In this document: piece by piece, positions 1-9,683 of the stretch
How the letters are laid out: every line of letters begins with the position of its first letter
Position numbering within the stretch: the stretch's first letter is position 1
NCBI GenBank assembly: GCA_041660505.1
Contig: JBAZWG010000001.1
Span: forward strand, 477,776 to 541,775
Direction: 5' to 3'
DNA: 64,000 nucleotides
Origin: Minisyncoccota bacterium
GTDB lineage: Bacteria; Patescibacteriota; Minisyncoccia; Phycocordibacterales; JACRKE01
Made by a program: the position numbers and the translations under genes
Notes under the pieces: generated by a model
What the model saw: only the letters and a program-made list of their open reading frames with translations
Database searches by the model: none
What the model was told of the DNA's origin: nothing

Positions 1-759
1 CTTGCCTTCAAGAATGCCTCGGAAGGCGGTACCTATAATGCAGGTACGCGTATGGTCCAATGGTCGCGCCAGCTTGGTCCGCGCGAAGGTCACACCTTCA
101 TGATCCAAGTTCTCGCCCGCGATATCGCCGACAACATCGTCGTGACGAACAATGCCCAAATCTATGTGAACGGCAAGACCTACGCATCCAACGACACACA
201 AGTCTGCATCACTATAACACCGATAAAGCTTGAGATCACAGCCGACAAAGCTAATGTTGCGCCGGGCGATAACATCACTTACACCGTTCGTTACTCGAAC
301 GTTGACGGTGCACCGGTTCAGAACTTGAACTTGCGAATGTCTGTTCCTCAAGGTACGACTTTCGTCAGCTCCGACCATCAGAATATCCAAACACAGAACG
401 GCATGGTGAATCTTACTGTCGGCGGGCTCAACCCCAAGCAGGACGGTACCATAAGCCTTGCTCTCAAAGTAGATTCGAAGGTTAATAAAGACCAGCCGAT
501 TACGTTCACTGCGAACGCAAGCTTCCAGGACACTCAAGGTGTCCAACAGCCCGATGTGCTGGCCACTGTTAATACGCCGATCTCGGCCGAGAGCACGAAG
601 CTTAACACCGCAAGCGCCGTAAGTGTCGGCAGCTTCCTCCCCTCATCCTTACTCGGTTGGCTTGCCTTCATTCTCTTGTTCCTAATAATTATCCTCATAA
701 TTACTCGCATCTTGAGCGATTATAAGGGAGGCAAAGGCCATCCGCCCGCGACAGTGTAA
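1..759 (+). CDS. Partial (5'-truncated by window edge) secreted repeat protein, DUF11-like conserved repeat domain, with a C-terminal transmembrane anchor
   Basis: Frame 1 is open from nt 1. It has DUF11-type repeat sequence (ITITPIKLEITADKANVAPGDNITYTVRYSNVDGAP) and a C-terminal hydrophobic helix followed by basic residues (LLGWLAFILLFLIIILIITRILSDYKGGK). Confidence 0.5.
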   Translation, partial: LAFKNASEGGTYNAGTRMVQWSRQLGPREGHTFMIQVLARDIADNIVVTNNAQIYVNGKTYASNDTQVCITITPIKLEITADKANVAPGDNITYTVRYSNVDGAPVQNLNLRMSVPQGTTFVSSDHQNIQTQNGMVNLTVGGLNPKQDGTISLALKVDSKVNKDQPITFTANASFQDTQGVQQPDVLATVNTPISAESTKLNTASAVSVGSFLPSSLLGWLAFILLFLIIILIITRILSDYKGGKGHPPATV

Positions 760-760
760 T

Positions 761-798
761 AAAGAGTTGAAAGTAAAAAGTTATAAAGTTGAAAGTTG
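761..798. repeat. Family E AAAGTT-containing octamer array between the DUF11-like gene and tsaE
   Basis: aaagagttgaaagtaaaaagttataaagttgaaagttg. Confidence 0.6.
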
Positions 799-799
799 C

Positions 800-832
800 A
801 CAAAAGCCTCGTTAATTCGGGGCTTTTGTTTT
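800..832 (+). terminator. Intrinsic terminator-like hairpin (aaaagcc..ggcttttgttttt) after the DUF11-like gene
   Basis: A GC stem (agcc/ggct) is followed by a T-run (ttttgtttttcg) right after the stop at 759. Confidence 0.4.
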
Positions 833-846
833 TCGCATTTTGCGCT

Positions 847-1308
847 ATGATTAGCCTTATGGCGAAGCATACGACCAAAAGTTTGGAAGAGACCCATAAA
901 CTTGCTGCTGATTTTGTTTCGCGTCTCCCCAACTCCCAACTCCTAACTCCCAACTCCTGTCTCATCTTCGCTCTGCATGGCGACCTCGGCTCTGGCAAAA
1001 CGGCATTCGTGCAAGGTGTTGCAAAAGCGCTAGGCGTTAAGCATCATGTAACGAGTCCCACTTTTGTAATCCAAAAGCGTTATGAAATCCCAGATTTATC
1101 GAAAAATATTATTCATATAGACGCATACAGACTAGGCGAGGGAAGCGATATGAGCGCACTAAGATTTAATGAGACGCTCGCCGACCCGAATAATATCGTC
1201 TTCATTGAGTGGCCGAACATTGTAACAAGCGCCCTGCCCGAACATGCCATCCCGCTAAAATTCAAATTCATCGATGAGACTACGCGCGAGATAGAATTAC
1301 CAAACTAA
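847..1308 (+). CDS. tsaE: tRNA threonylcarbamoyladenosine biosynthesis protein TsaE (P-loop ATPase)
   Basis: Walker A motif GDLGSGKTAFVQG with the TsaE-typical SPTF motif (VTSPTFVIQKRYE). The ORF track starts at a TTG at 796; the likely ATG is at 847. It carries an in-frame CCAACTCC repeat insertion (PNSQLLTPNS). Confidence 0.8.
   Translation: MISLMAKHTTKSLEETHKLAADFVSRLPNSQLLTPNSCLIFALHGDLGSGKTAFVQGVAKALGVKHHVTSPTFVIQKRYEIPDLSKNIIHIDAYRLGEGSDMSALRFNETLADPNNIVFIEWPNIVTSALPEHAIPLKFKFIDETTREIELPN
927..957. repeat. Family A octamer array (CCAACTCC/CTAACTCC x4) inside the tsaE coding sequence
   Basis: ccccaactcccaactcctaactcccaactcc is translated in-frame as PNSQLLTPNS. Confidence 0.8.
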
Positions 1309-1309
1309 T

Positions 1310-3691
1310 ATGAAAAAAGAAACAAAGACATTACTACTCCTAGATTCGCACGCGATCTTGCATCGGGCATATCACGCACTTCCGGACTTCCGCAGCGAGA
1401 ATGGGGAGCCGACCGGCGCGCTCTACGGCTTCGTCGCCTTCGTGCTTAAGGCCATCAAAGATCTAAAGCCGGACTATGTGGCCGCCTGCTTCGACTTGCC
1501 GGGGCCGACATTCAGGCACGAGGAATATAAAGAATACAAAGCAACACGAGCGAAGACAGAAGATGATTTGATATCACAGCTTAAAGTGGCAAGAGGCGTG
1601 GCCGAGGCGCTAGGTATACCGGTCTATGAACATCCCGGCTTCGAGGCGGACGATATGTTGGGCACGATCGTGAAGAAGGTCGCCGAGGAGAGACCTCTCT
1701 CTGGGGGACTCACCTCGGCGTGCAAGATTATTATTGCTTCGGGCGATATGGATACTTTGCAACTGGTGAAAGACGATGATGTGGTGGTCTATACTTTAAA
1801 AAAGGGATTGAACGATACAGTTATATATAATGAGAAGGCGGTAGAAGAAAGATTCGGCTTTAAGCCCAAGCTCTTACCGGATTATAAAGGCTTGCGCGGG
1901 GATGCTTCCGATAATATCATCGGCGTTAAGGGGATTGGCGAGAAGACGGCAGAAGAATTAATTCAGAAGTTTGGCACGATAGAAAATATAATGAAGAAGG
2001 CGAAGACGCATCACGACGAACTGCTCGAGGCGGGAATCAAAGAGCGGATTATCGGCCTGCTCAAGACCAACGAAGATGAGGCGTTATTCTCCAAGATGCT
2101 GGCGACAATCCGCGATGACGCGCCGATTGATTTTAAACTACCGGAGAAGACTTGGCGAGAGGGAGTTGATATTGAAAAGGTTGAGGCAATGTGCAAGCAG
2201 TATAGCTTCCGGACTTTGGCGGGGCGGATACGAGAGGCGGTTGCTGGAACAGGAGATAGGGTGAATTCCCCAACTCCCAACTCCCAACTCCCAACTCCTC
2301 CCAACTTTAAAAAGCTCCAGATAATGGCATGGCTCGTTGACTCCAGCGCGACCGATCCGGAAATTGAGAAAGTTCTGGAAGTTGCCGGTGTTAGTGACGT
2401 TGGTGAAGTCGAGGCCGTGCTCATGAAGAAAATTCATGAGGCCAAGCTCGAGAAAGTTTTAAACGATATTGAGTTGCCGCTTGTTCCAATCATTGACGCG
2501 GCGGAGAAGTGCGGCATCTTGGTGAGTAAAAAGAAACTCGCCGACTTGTCGGAAGAGTATCACATTCATACGGCGCGATTAGAGAAGCAGATTCATGATT
2601 TAGCTGGCAAGGAGTTTAACATCAGCTCGCCGAAACAGATGGGCGAGGTGCTCTTCGATACGCTCAAGCTTGAGGTGAAGGGGCTTAAGAAGACTGCCGG
2701 CGGCGCCCGCTCAACCAAGGAGTCAGAGCTAGACAAGCTCAAGGACCTGCACCCGATAATCAATAAAATTCTAGAATACAGAGAATACAAAAAGCTTCTC
2801 TCGACATATATAGACGCTATACCCAAACTCTTGGATAAAGAAGGCAGATTACATACGACACTCGTGCAGGCCGGCACCACGACAGGCAGAATGTCTTCGA
2901 ATAACCCGAATCTGCAAAACATCCCGATAAAGACCGAGCTTGGCCGGGCGATACGTGAGGCCTTCATTGCACCCAAAGGGACGGAACTTCTCGCGCTAGA
3001 TTATTCGCAGATAGAGTTGCGCGTAGCGGCAGCGCTATCGGGTGATGAGAAATTACTTAAGATATTCAAAGAAGGCGGGGATGTGCACGCCTCGGTGGCA
3101 TCTCTCGTCTTCGGCGTCCCGCCGGATAAAGTGGATCACGAGATGAGGCGCAAGGCCAAGGTCATCAACTTCGGCATCATCTACGGTATGGGCGTGAATG
3201 CGCTTAAGACCAACTTGGGCACTACGCGCGAAGAGGCCCAGCAATTCCATGACGCTTACTTCGAGCAGTTTAAACAGCTGGGTGAATATCTGGATAATAT
3301 TCTGGCCGAGACCAAACATACTAAATATACGACGACTCTCTATGGAAGGCGCCGATACTTCAAGAATATCAACTCCCGTATGCCCCAGCTCCGGGCGATG
3401 GAGGAGAGGATGGCCGGCAATGCACCGCTCCAAGGTACCGCCGCCGATATTATCAAGCTCGCGATGATCAAAGCGGAACACGAATTAAAGAAAGCACATT
3501 TACACGACGACGCGAAGCTTCTCCTGCAAGTTCATGATGAATTGATCTATGAAGTGAAAAAAGAAAAGGTAGAAGAAGTCGCGAAAGTTATTAAACAAGC
3601 GATGGAAACGGCGTCAGACATCAAATGCCCGATAATAGCCAACGTTTCCAAAGGCCCAAGCTGGGGCGAGATGAAGAAACTAAATATTTAG
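1310..3691 (+). CDS. polA: DNA polymerase I (5'-3' exonuclease plus polymerase domains)
   Basis: N-terminal FEN-like region (LLLDSHAILHRAYHALP), polymerase motif A (DYSQIELR), motif C (QVHDELIYEV) and motif B (RRKAKVINFGIIYG). Confidence 0.9.
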   Translation: MKKETKTLLLLDSHAILHRAYHALPDFRSENGEPTGALYGFVAFVLKAIKDLKPDYVAACFDLPGPTFRHEEYKEYKATRAKTEDDLISQLKVARGVAEALGIPVYEHPGFEADDMLGTIVKKVAEERPLSGGLTSACKIIIASGDMDTLQLVKDDDVVVYTLKKGLNDTVIYNEKAVEERFGFKPKLLPDYKGLRGDASDNIIGVKGIGEKTAEELIQKFGTIENIMKKAKTHHDELLEAGIKERIIGLLKTNEDEALFSKMLATIRDDAPIDFKLPEKTWREGVDIEKVEAMCKQYSFRTLAGRIREAVAGTGDRVNSPTPNSQLPTPPNFKKLQIMAWLVDSSATDPEIEKVLEVAGVSDVGEVEAVLMKKIHEAKLEKVLNDIELPLVPIIDAAEKCGILVSKKKLADLSEEYHIHTARLEKQIHDLAGKEFNISSPKQMGEVLFDTLKLEVKGLKKTAGGARSTKESELDKLKDLHPIINKILEYREYKKLLSTYIDAIPKLLDKEGRLHTTLVQAGTTTGRMSSNNPNLQNIPIKTELGRAIREAFIAPKGTELLALDYSQIELRVAAALSGDEKLLKIFKEGGDVHASVASLVFGVPPDKVDHEMRRKAKVINFGIIYGMGVNALKTNLGTTREEAQQFHDAYFEQFKQLGEYLDNILAETKHTKYTTTLYGRRRYFKNINSRMPQLRAMEERMAGNAPLQGTAADIIKLAMIKAEHELKKAHLHDDAKLLLQVHDELIYEVKKEKVEEVAKVIKQAMETASDIKCPIIANVSKGPSWGEMKKLNI
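1681..1720. repeat. Family B 40-bp palindromic element, copy 1, in-frame in polA (encodes AEERPLSGGLTSA)
   Basis: cgccgaggagagacctctctctgggggactcacctcggcg, with terminal inverted octamers cgccgagg/cctcggcg. Confidence 0.75.
2268..2305. repeat. Family A octamer array in the polA coding sequence (encodes SPTPNSQLPTPPN)
   Basis: tccccaactcccaactcccaactcccaactcctcccaac, in a linker between polA domains. Confidence 0.8.
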
Positions 3692-4141
3692 AATTCTGAA
3701 CAGGGCGATGCCGGTGGCCACGGACACATTGAGCGATTCTTTCTTTCCTTTCATCGGGATTTCTATAATGCTGTCACATTGGTCTAGGATGTCTTGCGTG
3801 ATGCCGAATCTCTCTTCGCCGATTATTAAAGCCGTTTTTCCTGACGATTTGAAGGTTTTATAGTCTACGGAATTCTCGGCTTGCTCAAGCGCGACGATAT
3901 TAAAACACTCCTCCCTAAGTTGCGCTATCGCGTAGGATAGGGAGGGGTGTTGTTCCCAAGAAACAGACTTCTCGGCGCCTAATGCCGTCTTCGTAATATC
4001 CTTTCGTATACTGCCGAAGCGGTCTAATGGGGATGGGGTGTAGCCGGTCAGGTATATTTTAGAAACCCCGGCAGCATCTGCGGTGCGGAATATCGCCCCG
4101 ACGTTATAAACACTGCGGATGTTATGAAGAATGAGGATCAT
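3680..4141 (-). CDS. SpoU/TrmH-family RNA 2'-O-methyltransferase
   Basis: MILILHNIRSVYNVGAIFRTADAAGV and a C-terminal SPOUT knot region (ESLNVSVATGIALFRI). The ORF track extends to a TTG at 4189; the ATG is at 4141. Confidence 0.8.
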   Translation of the reverse strand: MILILHNIRSVYNVGAIFRTADAAGVSKIYLTGYTPSPLDRFGSIRKDITKTALGAEKSVSWEQHPSLSYAIAQLREECFNIVALEQAENSVDYKTFKSSGKTALIIGEERFGITQDILDQCDSIIEIPMKGKKESLNVSVATGIALFRILNI

Positions 4142-4233
4142 GACAGAATTAAAGAATTTAGGAATTAGAGAATAATACAGTAAAATCAAGAATAGACAAG
4201 CGGGTCTAAAACTGGTATTATTTCGAAACTTCG

Positions 4234-4306
4234 CGCTCGTAGCTCAGTTGGTAGAGCAGCTCCCTTTTAAGGAGATGGTCGAGGGTTCGATTCCCCCCGA
4301 GCGCAT
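4234..4306 (+). tRNA. tRNA, probably Lys (anticodon TTT)
   Basis: Perfect 7-bp acceptor stem GCGCTCG/CGAGCGC, D-loop AGTTGGTAGAGC, T-loop GGTTCGATTCC, anticodon loop CTTTTAA. The exact reading at the line break 4260/4261 is uncertain, so the end coordinate may be off by one. Confidence 0.6.
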
Positions 4307-4309
4307 AAA

Positions 4310-5065
4310 CTAGAGTTCCAGCACGAAGCGTTCTAACGATGTTTCGAAATCGGTGAGACCCCTGCGGGCTTTATGGTAGATATTAATAAGCTTCAATGAC
4401 AGATGGGGTAGTTCTTCTGCGCGATAATTTCTAAGCAAGGGTTTTATTTTGCGAATCTGCCAGTCCTGTAAAGAGCTTTTATCCATCGGCGTCATTTTGG
4501 CAACCATAAGCATATTTTTGAGCTGCCATGTCAGCTTCCAAAATAATTCTTCTGCTGGCAAGCCGGCGGTAAGCGCCGTTTCGTACTCGACCCACAGCTT
4601 TTTCTTATCTCGCAGGCCGAAGGCGTCGCTAAAGCGGTAGATGTTGTAACCGGCGAAGATCGGATGAGACACTTTGACCTCGCGCGCGCCGGCATATCCT
4701 GCCGGCTCTGCTTTCATGAATTTATTAAGCTTGGCGCCGGCAGATTCCAGTTTCGCGAGTGGTTCTTTGGTCAACGAGCCGTCTACAATAATTACGTCGT
4801 GCGACGACGTTTGCAGATGGGGGATTAGATGGATGAGCAGTTCACGCCCTGTCGCAGTCTCGCAAAAGTAGCGCAACAAAATGAGATATGTCTCGCCAAA
4901 GAGACTTGTACTTGCCGCGAAATTTTTTATTTTTTCGGCATTTTCTTCGCTCGCCTCGAACTGGACGACCTGAATATCCGGTTGTTTCTTGACGAGTTCG
5001 TCGAGCTGAACACGAGCCTTGGCCTGCACTTTGTCCCGATCGGAACCGTAAAAAATCGTAATCAT
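4310..5065 (-). CDS. holA: DNA polymerase III delta subunit-like (HolA family)
   Basis: Length and motifs (LFGETYLIL, IFAGYNIYRFSDAFGLRDKKKL) fit the HolA clamp-loader delta family; the similarity is weak. Confidence 0.5.
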   Translation of the reverse strand: MITIFYGSDRDKVQAKARVQLDELVKKQPDIQVVQFEASEENAEKIKNFAASTSLFGETYLILLRYFCETATGRELLIHLIPHLQTSSHDVIIVDGSLTKEPLAKLESAGAKLNKFMKAEPAGYAGAREVKVSHPIFAGYNIYRFSDAFGLRDKKKLWVEYETALTAGLPAEELFWKLTWQLKNMLMVAKMTPMDKSSLQDWQIRKIKPLLRNYRAEELPHLSLKLINIYHKARRGLTDFETSLERFVLEL

Positions 5066-5180
5066 AGTATGAAAAATAAATTTGCTGCATCACGAGAACA
5101 CGGATATTTTTCTGCTGAAAAATTCCTCGTGTTCGCGCCGACCGCGCTCGCAAGTTTCTCGAGACGCACAATTTTATTTT

Positions 5181-5669
5181 TCATAGCCAACGACGAACTT
5201 TTTCTGTATATCGTTTGTAGCGCTCGCCGAATTTGCGCGAGAGATAATGTTCTTCCGGGATTACGACCAAATAGTCGAGGATGGCGTATTGAGCAATATC
5301 GAGAATAATAAGCCAGAGCGTCCCAACCCACAGCCCGATACCGAAGGTCAAAATTAGAAAAGCAAGATACATTGGATTACGGCTGTATTCATGCGGGCCG
5401 GTTATGACCAAGTCAGTGGTCGCGCGTGTCGGATTGGAATGAGTACCGACGTTTTTGAATGTTACATCCGACCACCAGAGGATAAGCATTGCGCCGATAG
5501 TAAGCATAAAGCCGATGCCTCTAAAGAACGAAGATGCAATGACCGGCAAGGGGAAGAGGAACTGCATCAGGAGGCCGAAAGCGATGGTCGCAGTGACGAC
5601 GACGGGCGGGTAAATCTTCACGTGAGGTACGTCGTGATGAGTATTTGGTTGATGAGTTTCGTTGTCCAT
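5181..5669 (-). CDS. Isoprenylcysteine carboxyl methyltransferase (ICMT)/phospholipid methyltransferase family membrane protein
   Basis: Multi-TM protein with the ICMT/PEMT signature GPHEYSRNPMYLAFLIL. Confidence 0.6.
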   Translation of the reverse strand: MDNETHQPNTHHDVPHVKIYPPVVVTATIAFGLLMQFLFPLPVIASSFFRGIGFMLTIGAMLILWWSDVTFKNVGTHSNPTRATTDLVITGPHEYSRNPMYLAFLILTFGIGLWVGTLWLIILDIAQYAILDYLVVIPEEHYLSRKFGERYKRYTEKVRRWL

Positions 5670-5950
5670 ATGTGTATTCTATTGCGTATTTGTCGAAGAG
5701 GCAAGCGGATGGAGGAGTGTGCCGAACGATTCGCCTGTGCCTAGTGGAGCGGGGGAGGTGAGGAAGGCGCCGGGATGTTCACGTTCATACTTGGCCGGGC
5801 CGCCGATAGCCAGCCAGACGAAGAACATTGCGATCATTAGCGCAACGAATCCCAATAAAAATGCTCCGGCCTCGTTCATATTTTAACAGAATTATTGAAT
5901 AAAGAATTTTGGAATTTAAGATCTTTAATTCTCAAATTCCTCAATTCCGT

Positions 5951-6775
5951 TTAATGCTGGTGCTTCGGGCAGAAGTGTGTTGAGCGACTGCCTAATACTA
6001 TGCGCTTTATTATACCACCACAGCCCTTCTTTTTGCACGCCTCGCCCGTCATGCGATATGCCATATGATGATTTTGAAAGCCGCCCTTCTCGCCGTAGAT
6101 ATTGCGGTAGTCTGATTTAGAATCACCGCCGAGTTTAATCGATTTAGTCAGAATCTTGCGCATTGATTTTAATATCGCACCGGATTCTGCTGGGGATACA
6201 TCTTTTGCTTTTCGCGTCGGGATAATCCCTGCGTCCCATAACGACTCATCGGCGTAGATATTGCCGATACCGGATATTATAGTCTGATCCAGCAGGGCGA
6301 GTTTGATAGGCAGATTCGGTCGGCGTAATAAACGCGCGAGCAAAACTTTCAACGTAAGTTTTTTATCAAAAGGGTCGGGGCCGAGTGTTTTAAGTGTCTC
6401 GTGCTCATGAAGTTTAGAAGTTTCGATAAGTTCGACTCGGCCGAATTTACGCAGGTCGGAGAAAGAAAGCTCGTGCCCTTTCGACAAGAAAAATCTCTGG
6501 TGAATATATTTAGAGTTCGGTCGGTCGAAGAGCAGTTGGCCGGTCATTTTCATATGAACGCGCAAGGTCATTCCGCCGGAGAGATGAATTAAAACATTTT
6601 TCGCCTGACGCGATACTGAAAGAAACTTTTTGCCTATCAGTAATTTCTTAAAGTCTTTGAAATTGTGACCCTTGATCTGCTTGGGCCAGCCCGTCCAAAC
6701 GTCAGTAATAACAAGCCCGGGCAACACCGCATTAAGCCCTGTAACAGTGGTATGTACTTCAGGCAGTTCCGGCAT
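5951..6775 (-). CDS. mutM: Formamidopyrimidine-DNA glycosylase (Fpg/MutM/Nei family)
   Basis: N-terminal MPELPEV, where Pro2 is the catalytic residue, and a C-terminal zinc finger (CKKKGCGGIIKRIVLGSRSTHFCPKHQ). The likely start is the internal Met at 6775; the track gives 6796. Confidence 0.9.
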   Translation of the reverse strand: MPELPEVHTTVTGLNAVLPGLVITDVWTGWPKQIKGHNFKDFKKLLIGKKFLSVSRQAKNVLIHLSGGMTLRVHMKMTGQLLFDRPNSKYIHQRFFLSKGHELSFSDLRKFGRVELIETSKLHEHETLKTLGPDPFDKKLTLKVLLARLLRRPNLPIKLALLDQTIISGIGNIYADESLWDAGIIPTRKAKDVSPAESGAILKSMRKILTKSIKLGGDSKSDYRNIYGEKGGFQNHHMAYRMTGEACKKKGCGGIIKRIVLGSRSTHFCPKHQH

Positions 6776-6840
6776 AATGGTTATATAAAAACTCAAAAAT
6801 CAAAGTTCAAAATTTTGATATTTGATATTTAATCTTTGAT

Positions 6841-8169
6841 CTAAGTAAGTTTCATCGCACGCAATATTTCTTCTTGCGCTACTTCGTAGTCGCTCCATGG
6901 TTCTTTAGTGCCATTCGTGCCCATGATGTACGGGTCGGTGCCTTTGCCGGAGATTAAGACCACATTATTTTTCTTCGCCTCGGCTATTGCCGCTCTTATC
7001 GCTTCGCGTCTGTCCATTATGATGCGATATTTGCGGCGGCCCATACCCTTTGCTATTTCCTCAACTATCGTTTGCGGGTCTTCGTCATACGGATCTTCAT
7101 TGGTCAGAATGATTGTATCGCAATATTCTGCCGCTATCTTGCCCATCTGTGGACGCTTCCATTTATCCCGCCCGCCCCCGCACGAGCCAAGCACGCAAAT
7201 CTTGTGTGAATTAGGGAAAACTTTATATAACTTCTCTAAAGAGTCGGCAGTATGGGCGTAGTCCACTATTACAGTATAAGGCGGCTCGATGCGACCGGCA
7301 GGGAACTTGGCGCGCACCTCCTCGGGGAAGCGCGATGGATCGATAACCACTTTCTCCAGCCGGCCCGGGACGCCTTGGAACTTCTCGATGGCGCGCTTAA
7401 TAACGTCCGGTGCGATACCCTGACTTTTCGCGAACATGGCGGCGGCCAAGATGTTGTAAGCGTTGAACTCGCCGGCGAGTTTCGTCACAATTCTTTCTCT
7501 AAAAATATTTAATTCTGAAGAATCTTCTTTGAGGGTGAATGGTTTGGCATCGCCGATATTGTAAGCCACCTTTTGGGGCACATTAATAGCTAAAAATTTG
7601 TCAGAGTCCTGACTGTCTTTGTTCACCACCAAGACTTTATTCTTCTTCCATGATTTCTCGAGTGAGTGGGCGATGGCGAGCTTGGCGGCCAGATAATTTT
7701 CATACGAGCCGTGCGACTCGATATGTTCCGGGGAGATGTTCGTAAATATTAATGCATCGAGCGAGATGAACTTATGGCGGAACTGTTGGGCGCCGTTACT
7801 GGTCATCTCGACAACCGCCCAGTCGCACTTCTCCTCAACCGCTTGGCGCAAGAAATTTTGCAGGAACGATCTGCCCGGCATCGTCATCTTGAACATGTTG
7901 CGTTCGGACTCTTTACCAATCTTGAAGCGCAGGGTAGAAGCTAGAGCGGTTTTATAGCCAGCTTCTTCTAATATCGCAGAGACCAGTTCTGCCGTCGTTG
8001 TCTTACCCTTGGTGCCCGTTATCGCCACCACTTTTATTTTGCGCGAAGGGAATTTGTAACGAGCGGCACCCCAGACAGCCAAAAGATAATGGTAAATAGG
8101 CTGGCCGGCCCGGAAAAGCTTCTCGGGTATGAACTTCCTAAATCTATTCAGGCTTTCATCGGTATCCAT
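6841..8169 (-). CDS. murE: Mur ligase family protein (MurE-like UDP-N-acetylmuramoyl-tripeptide ligase)
   Basis: ATP-binding motif VVAITGTKGKTTTAELV and C-terminal domain motif DYAHTADSLEKL. Confidence 0.6.
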   Translation of the reverse strand: MDTDESLNRFRKFIPEKLFRAGQPIYHYLLAVWGAARYKFPSRKIKVVAITGTKGKTTTAELVSAILEEAGYKTALASTLRFKIGKESERNMFKMTMPGRSFLQNFLRQAVEEKCDWAVVEMTSNGAQQFRHKFISLDALIFTNISPEHIESHGSYENYLAAKLAIAHSLEKSWKKNKVLVVNKDSQDSDKFLAINVPQKVAYNIGDAKPFTLKEDSSELNIFRERIVTKLAGEFNAYNILAAAMFAKSQGIAPDVIKRAIEKFQGVPGRLEKVVIDPSRFPEEVRAKFPAGRIEPPYTVIVDYAHTADSLEKLYKVFPNSHKICVLGSCGGGRDKWKRPQMGKIAAEYCDTIILTNEDPYDEDPQTIVEEIAKGMGRRKYRIIMDRREAIRAAIAEAKKNNVVLISGKGTDPYIMGTNGTKEPWSDYEVAQEEILRAMKLT

Positions 8170-8172
8170 AAA

Positions 8173-8760
8173 TTATTTACCAATTTGCTTCAAGGCCTCT
8201 TTGATACGTTTATTAAGACCGGTCACGTCTGCCGGGACTTTTTGCAATGCTTCTCGCGCCTCTGTGTGCGCGTAACCGAGCGCTATCAAAGCAGAAAGCG
8301 CGTCTCTATCTTCATTCATAAGCGGGCTATCGGCCAAATCTCCGCCCAGACTTGTTATTTTATCTTTGAGCTCCAGTACGATTTTATCCGCGATTTTTTT
8401 GCCGATACCGGAGACTTTCGTCAGATATGAAGCGTCGTTAGATAGAACGGCGCGCTTAAGGGTAGTGGCGGGAGCGGCAGAGAGCACGGCCAGCGCCTTC
8501 TTGGGGCCGATGCCAGAGATGCTTATTATAAGTTCGAATAATGCTCGCTCGTCGGTCGTCAAGAAGCCGTAAAGATCCAGCGCATCCTCGCGAACGACGA
8601 GATAAGTAAAGAGCCGGGCCGGCTCGCCTAGATCCTTGGCCGATTGCAGGGTTGCTAATGTCTCCGGCAGGCAGAAAACCCGCAAACCAAGGCCGCCAAG
8701 GCTGATAACAGCCGCTTTTTCTTCAATATTCAGAACAGTTCCCTCAATCTGCGCAATCAT
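8173..8760 (-). CDS. ruvA: Holliday junction branch migration protein RuvA
   Basis: MIAQIEGTV N-terminus, HhH motifs (SGIGPKKALAVLS, VSGIGKKIADKIVLEL), length 195 aa. Confidence 0.9.
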   Translation of the reverse strand: MIAQIEGTVLNIEEKAAVISLGGLGLRVFCLPETLATLQSAKDLGEPARLFTYLVVREDALDLYGFLTTDERALFELIISISGIGPKKALAVLSAAPATTLKRAVLSNDASYLTKVSGIGKKIADKIVLELKDKITSLGGDLADSPLMNEDRDALSALIALGYAHTEAREALQKVPADVTGLNKRIKEALKQIGK

Positions 8761-8809
8761 GATGTAATACTACACCAAGGTTGCCTTTTTAACAAAAACT
8801 GTGCATTTC

Positions 8810-8845
8810 GAGGTTCGACCTTAAGCATCAAAAAGGTCGAACCTC
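8810..8845. repeat. Family D palindromic hairpin element (variant copy) in the ruvA/rpsT divergent intergenic region
   Basis: gaggttcgacc-ttaagcatcaaaaa-ggtcgaacctc, an 11-bp stem. Confidence 0.7.
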
Positions 8846-8889
8846 TGGAAGTTGCATTTAGCCATGTTTTCTGGTAGTATTTCGGGATT

Positions 8890-9150
8890 ATGGCAATCAC
8901 CGCATCAGCAAAAAAGGCTATCAGGAACTCCAAGCGCAAGCACGAGGTCAACTTGAAGCACAAGAAAAGCGTCACCGATGTCCGCAAAGACATAGAGAAA
9001 TTGGTGGCCAAGAAAGACCTTAAGGCCGCTGTAGCGCTCCTCCCCAAGGCCTATCAGGCAATCGACAAATCAATGAAGCTCGGGCTACTTAAGAAAAACA
9101 CCGCCGCCCGCCGAAAATCTCGCCTAGCCAGACTAGTCAGCGCGAAATAA
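8890..9150 (+). CDS. rpsT: 30S ribosomal protein S20
   Basis: MAITASAKKAIRNSKRKHEVNLKHKKSV ... LLKKNTAARRKSRLARLVSAK is the typical bS20 sequence. Confidence 0.85.
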   Translation: MAITASAKKAIRNSKRKHEVNLKHKKSVTDVRKDIEKLVAKKDLKAAVALLPKAYQAIDKSMKLGLLKKNTAARRKSRLARLVSAK

Positions 9151-9162
9151 ATTTAAAAAAAC

Positions 9163-9192
9163 AAAAAGGACCCTAATAGGGTCCTTTTTGTT
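9163..9192. terminator. Bidirectional intrinsic terminator between rpsT (+) and the convergent minus-strand ORF
   Basis: aaaaaggaccctaatagggtcctttttg: a GC stem flanked by an A-run and a T-run. Confidence 0.7.
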
Positions 9193-9194
9193 TT

Positions 9195-9641
9195 TTATAC
9201 CTCCCCCTCCTTGCTCTTAGCTAATGCTGCCACCAAAATTTTTAATCTCTTTTTATCCCTTTCTAAAAAGTTCCTCTGATTTCTTAGCCAACTCTCCTTG
9301 TTAAATCCCGGTTCCATTATTACCGGCATATCGTTTACCCGTGCCTCTGACTGCCTTACTTCTGTCTCTTTATGATTGACCCAATCCTGCAACTTCTCCA
9401 TGTTCCCCTTGCTCTCTTGCAATGTTTTGCCTATGAGTGCATCATTTATCTTTGCCAACGGCCTACTTTGTAATTCGGTAATCACCGAACTTAGATTCAG
9501 GCCCATTCTATCTAGATGCTCCAGTGTTTTTACTACATTCTCTAAGTCATCCGCCATACCTTCTAACTTCCGGCTGTCATTTTCCATCAAATCTTCCACC
9601 GAGTGTTCCTCGTTTGAATCATAAGAATCTTCGATTCCCAT
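9195..9641 (-). CDS. Hypothetical acidic coiled-coil protein
   Basis: 148-aa ORF with no recognisable domain; predicted helical and charged. Confidence 0.4.
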   Translation of the reverse strand: MGIEDSYDSNEEHSVEDLMENDSRKLEGMADDLENVVKTLEHLDRMGLNLSSVITELQSRPLAKINDALIGKTLQESKGNMEKLQDWVNHKETEVRQSEARVNDMPVIMEPGFNKESWLRNQRNFLERDKKRLKILVAALAKSKEGEV

Positions 9642-9675
9642 AAGTATTTATTTACCTAATATGCACCTCACTTTA

Positions 9676-9683
9676 CCCCCCCC
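9676..9683. promoter_or_regulatory. Poly-C8 tract inside the putative promoter spacer of the 9195..9641 gene (TTGCAA-like -35 at about 9690-9695 on the minus strand)
   Basis: ctttaccccccccacgaaatttgcaag. A similar ACTTGCAAA(A/T)TTCG -35 context also precedes the minus-strand gene starting at 24572. Confidence 0.3.

Noticed and set aside
2011-3481. Antisense and alternative-frame ORFs within polA (2011-2424, 2138-2437, 2593-2976, 3053-3481)
   Set aside because: They overlap a confidently identified polA in other frames or on the other strand and have no recognisable motifs.
8757-9047. Minus-strand ORF 8757-9047 and ORF 9756-9974
   Set aside because: They overlap rpsT and tRNA-Arg respectively and are products of the six-frame ORF scan.
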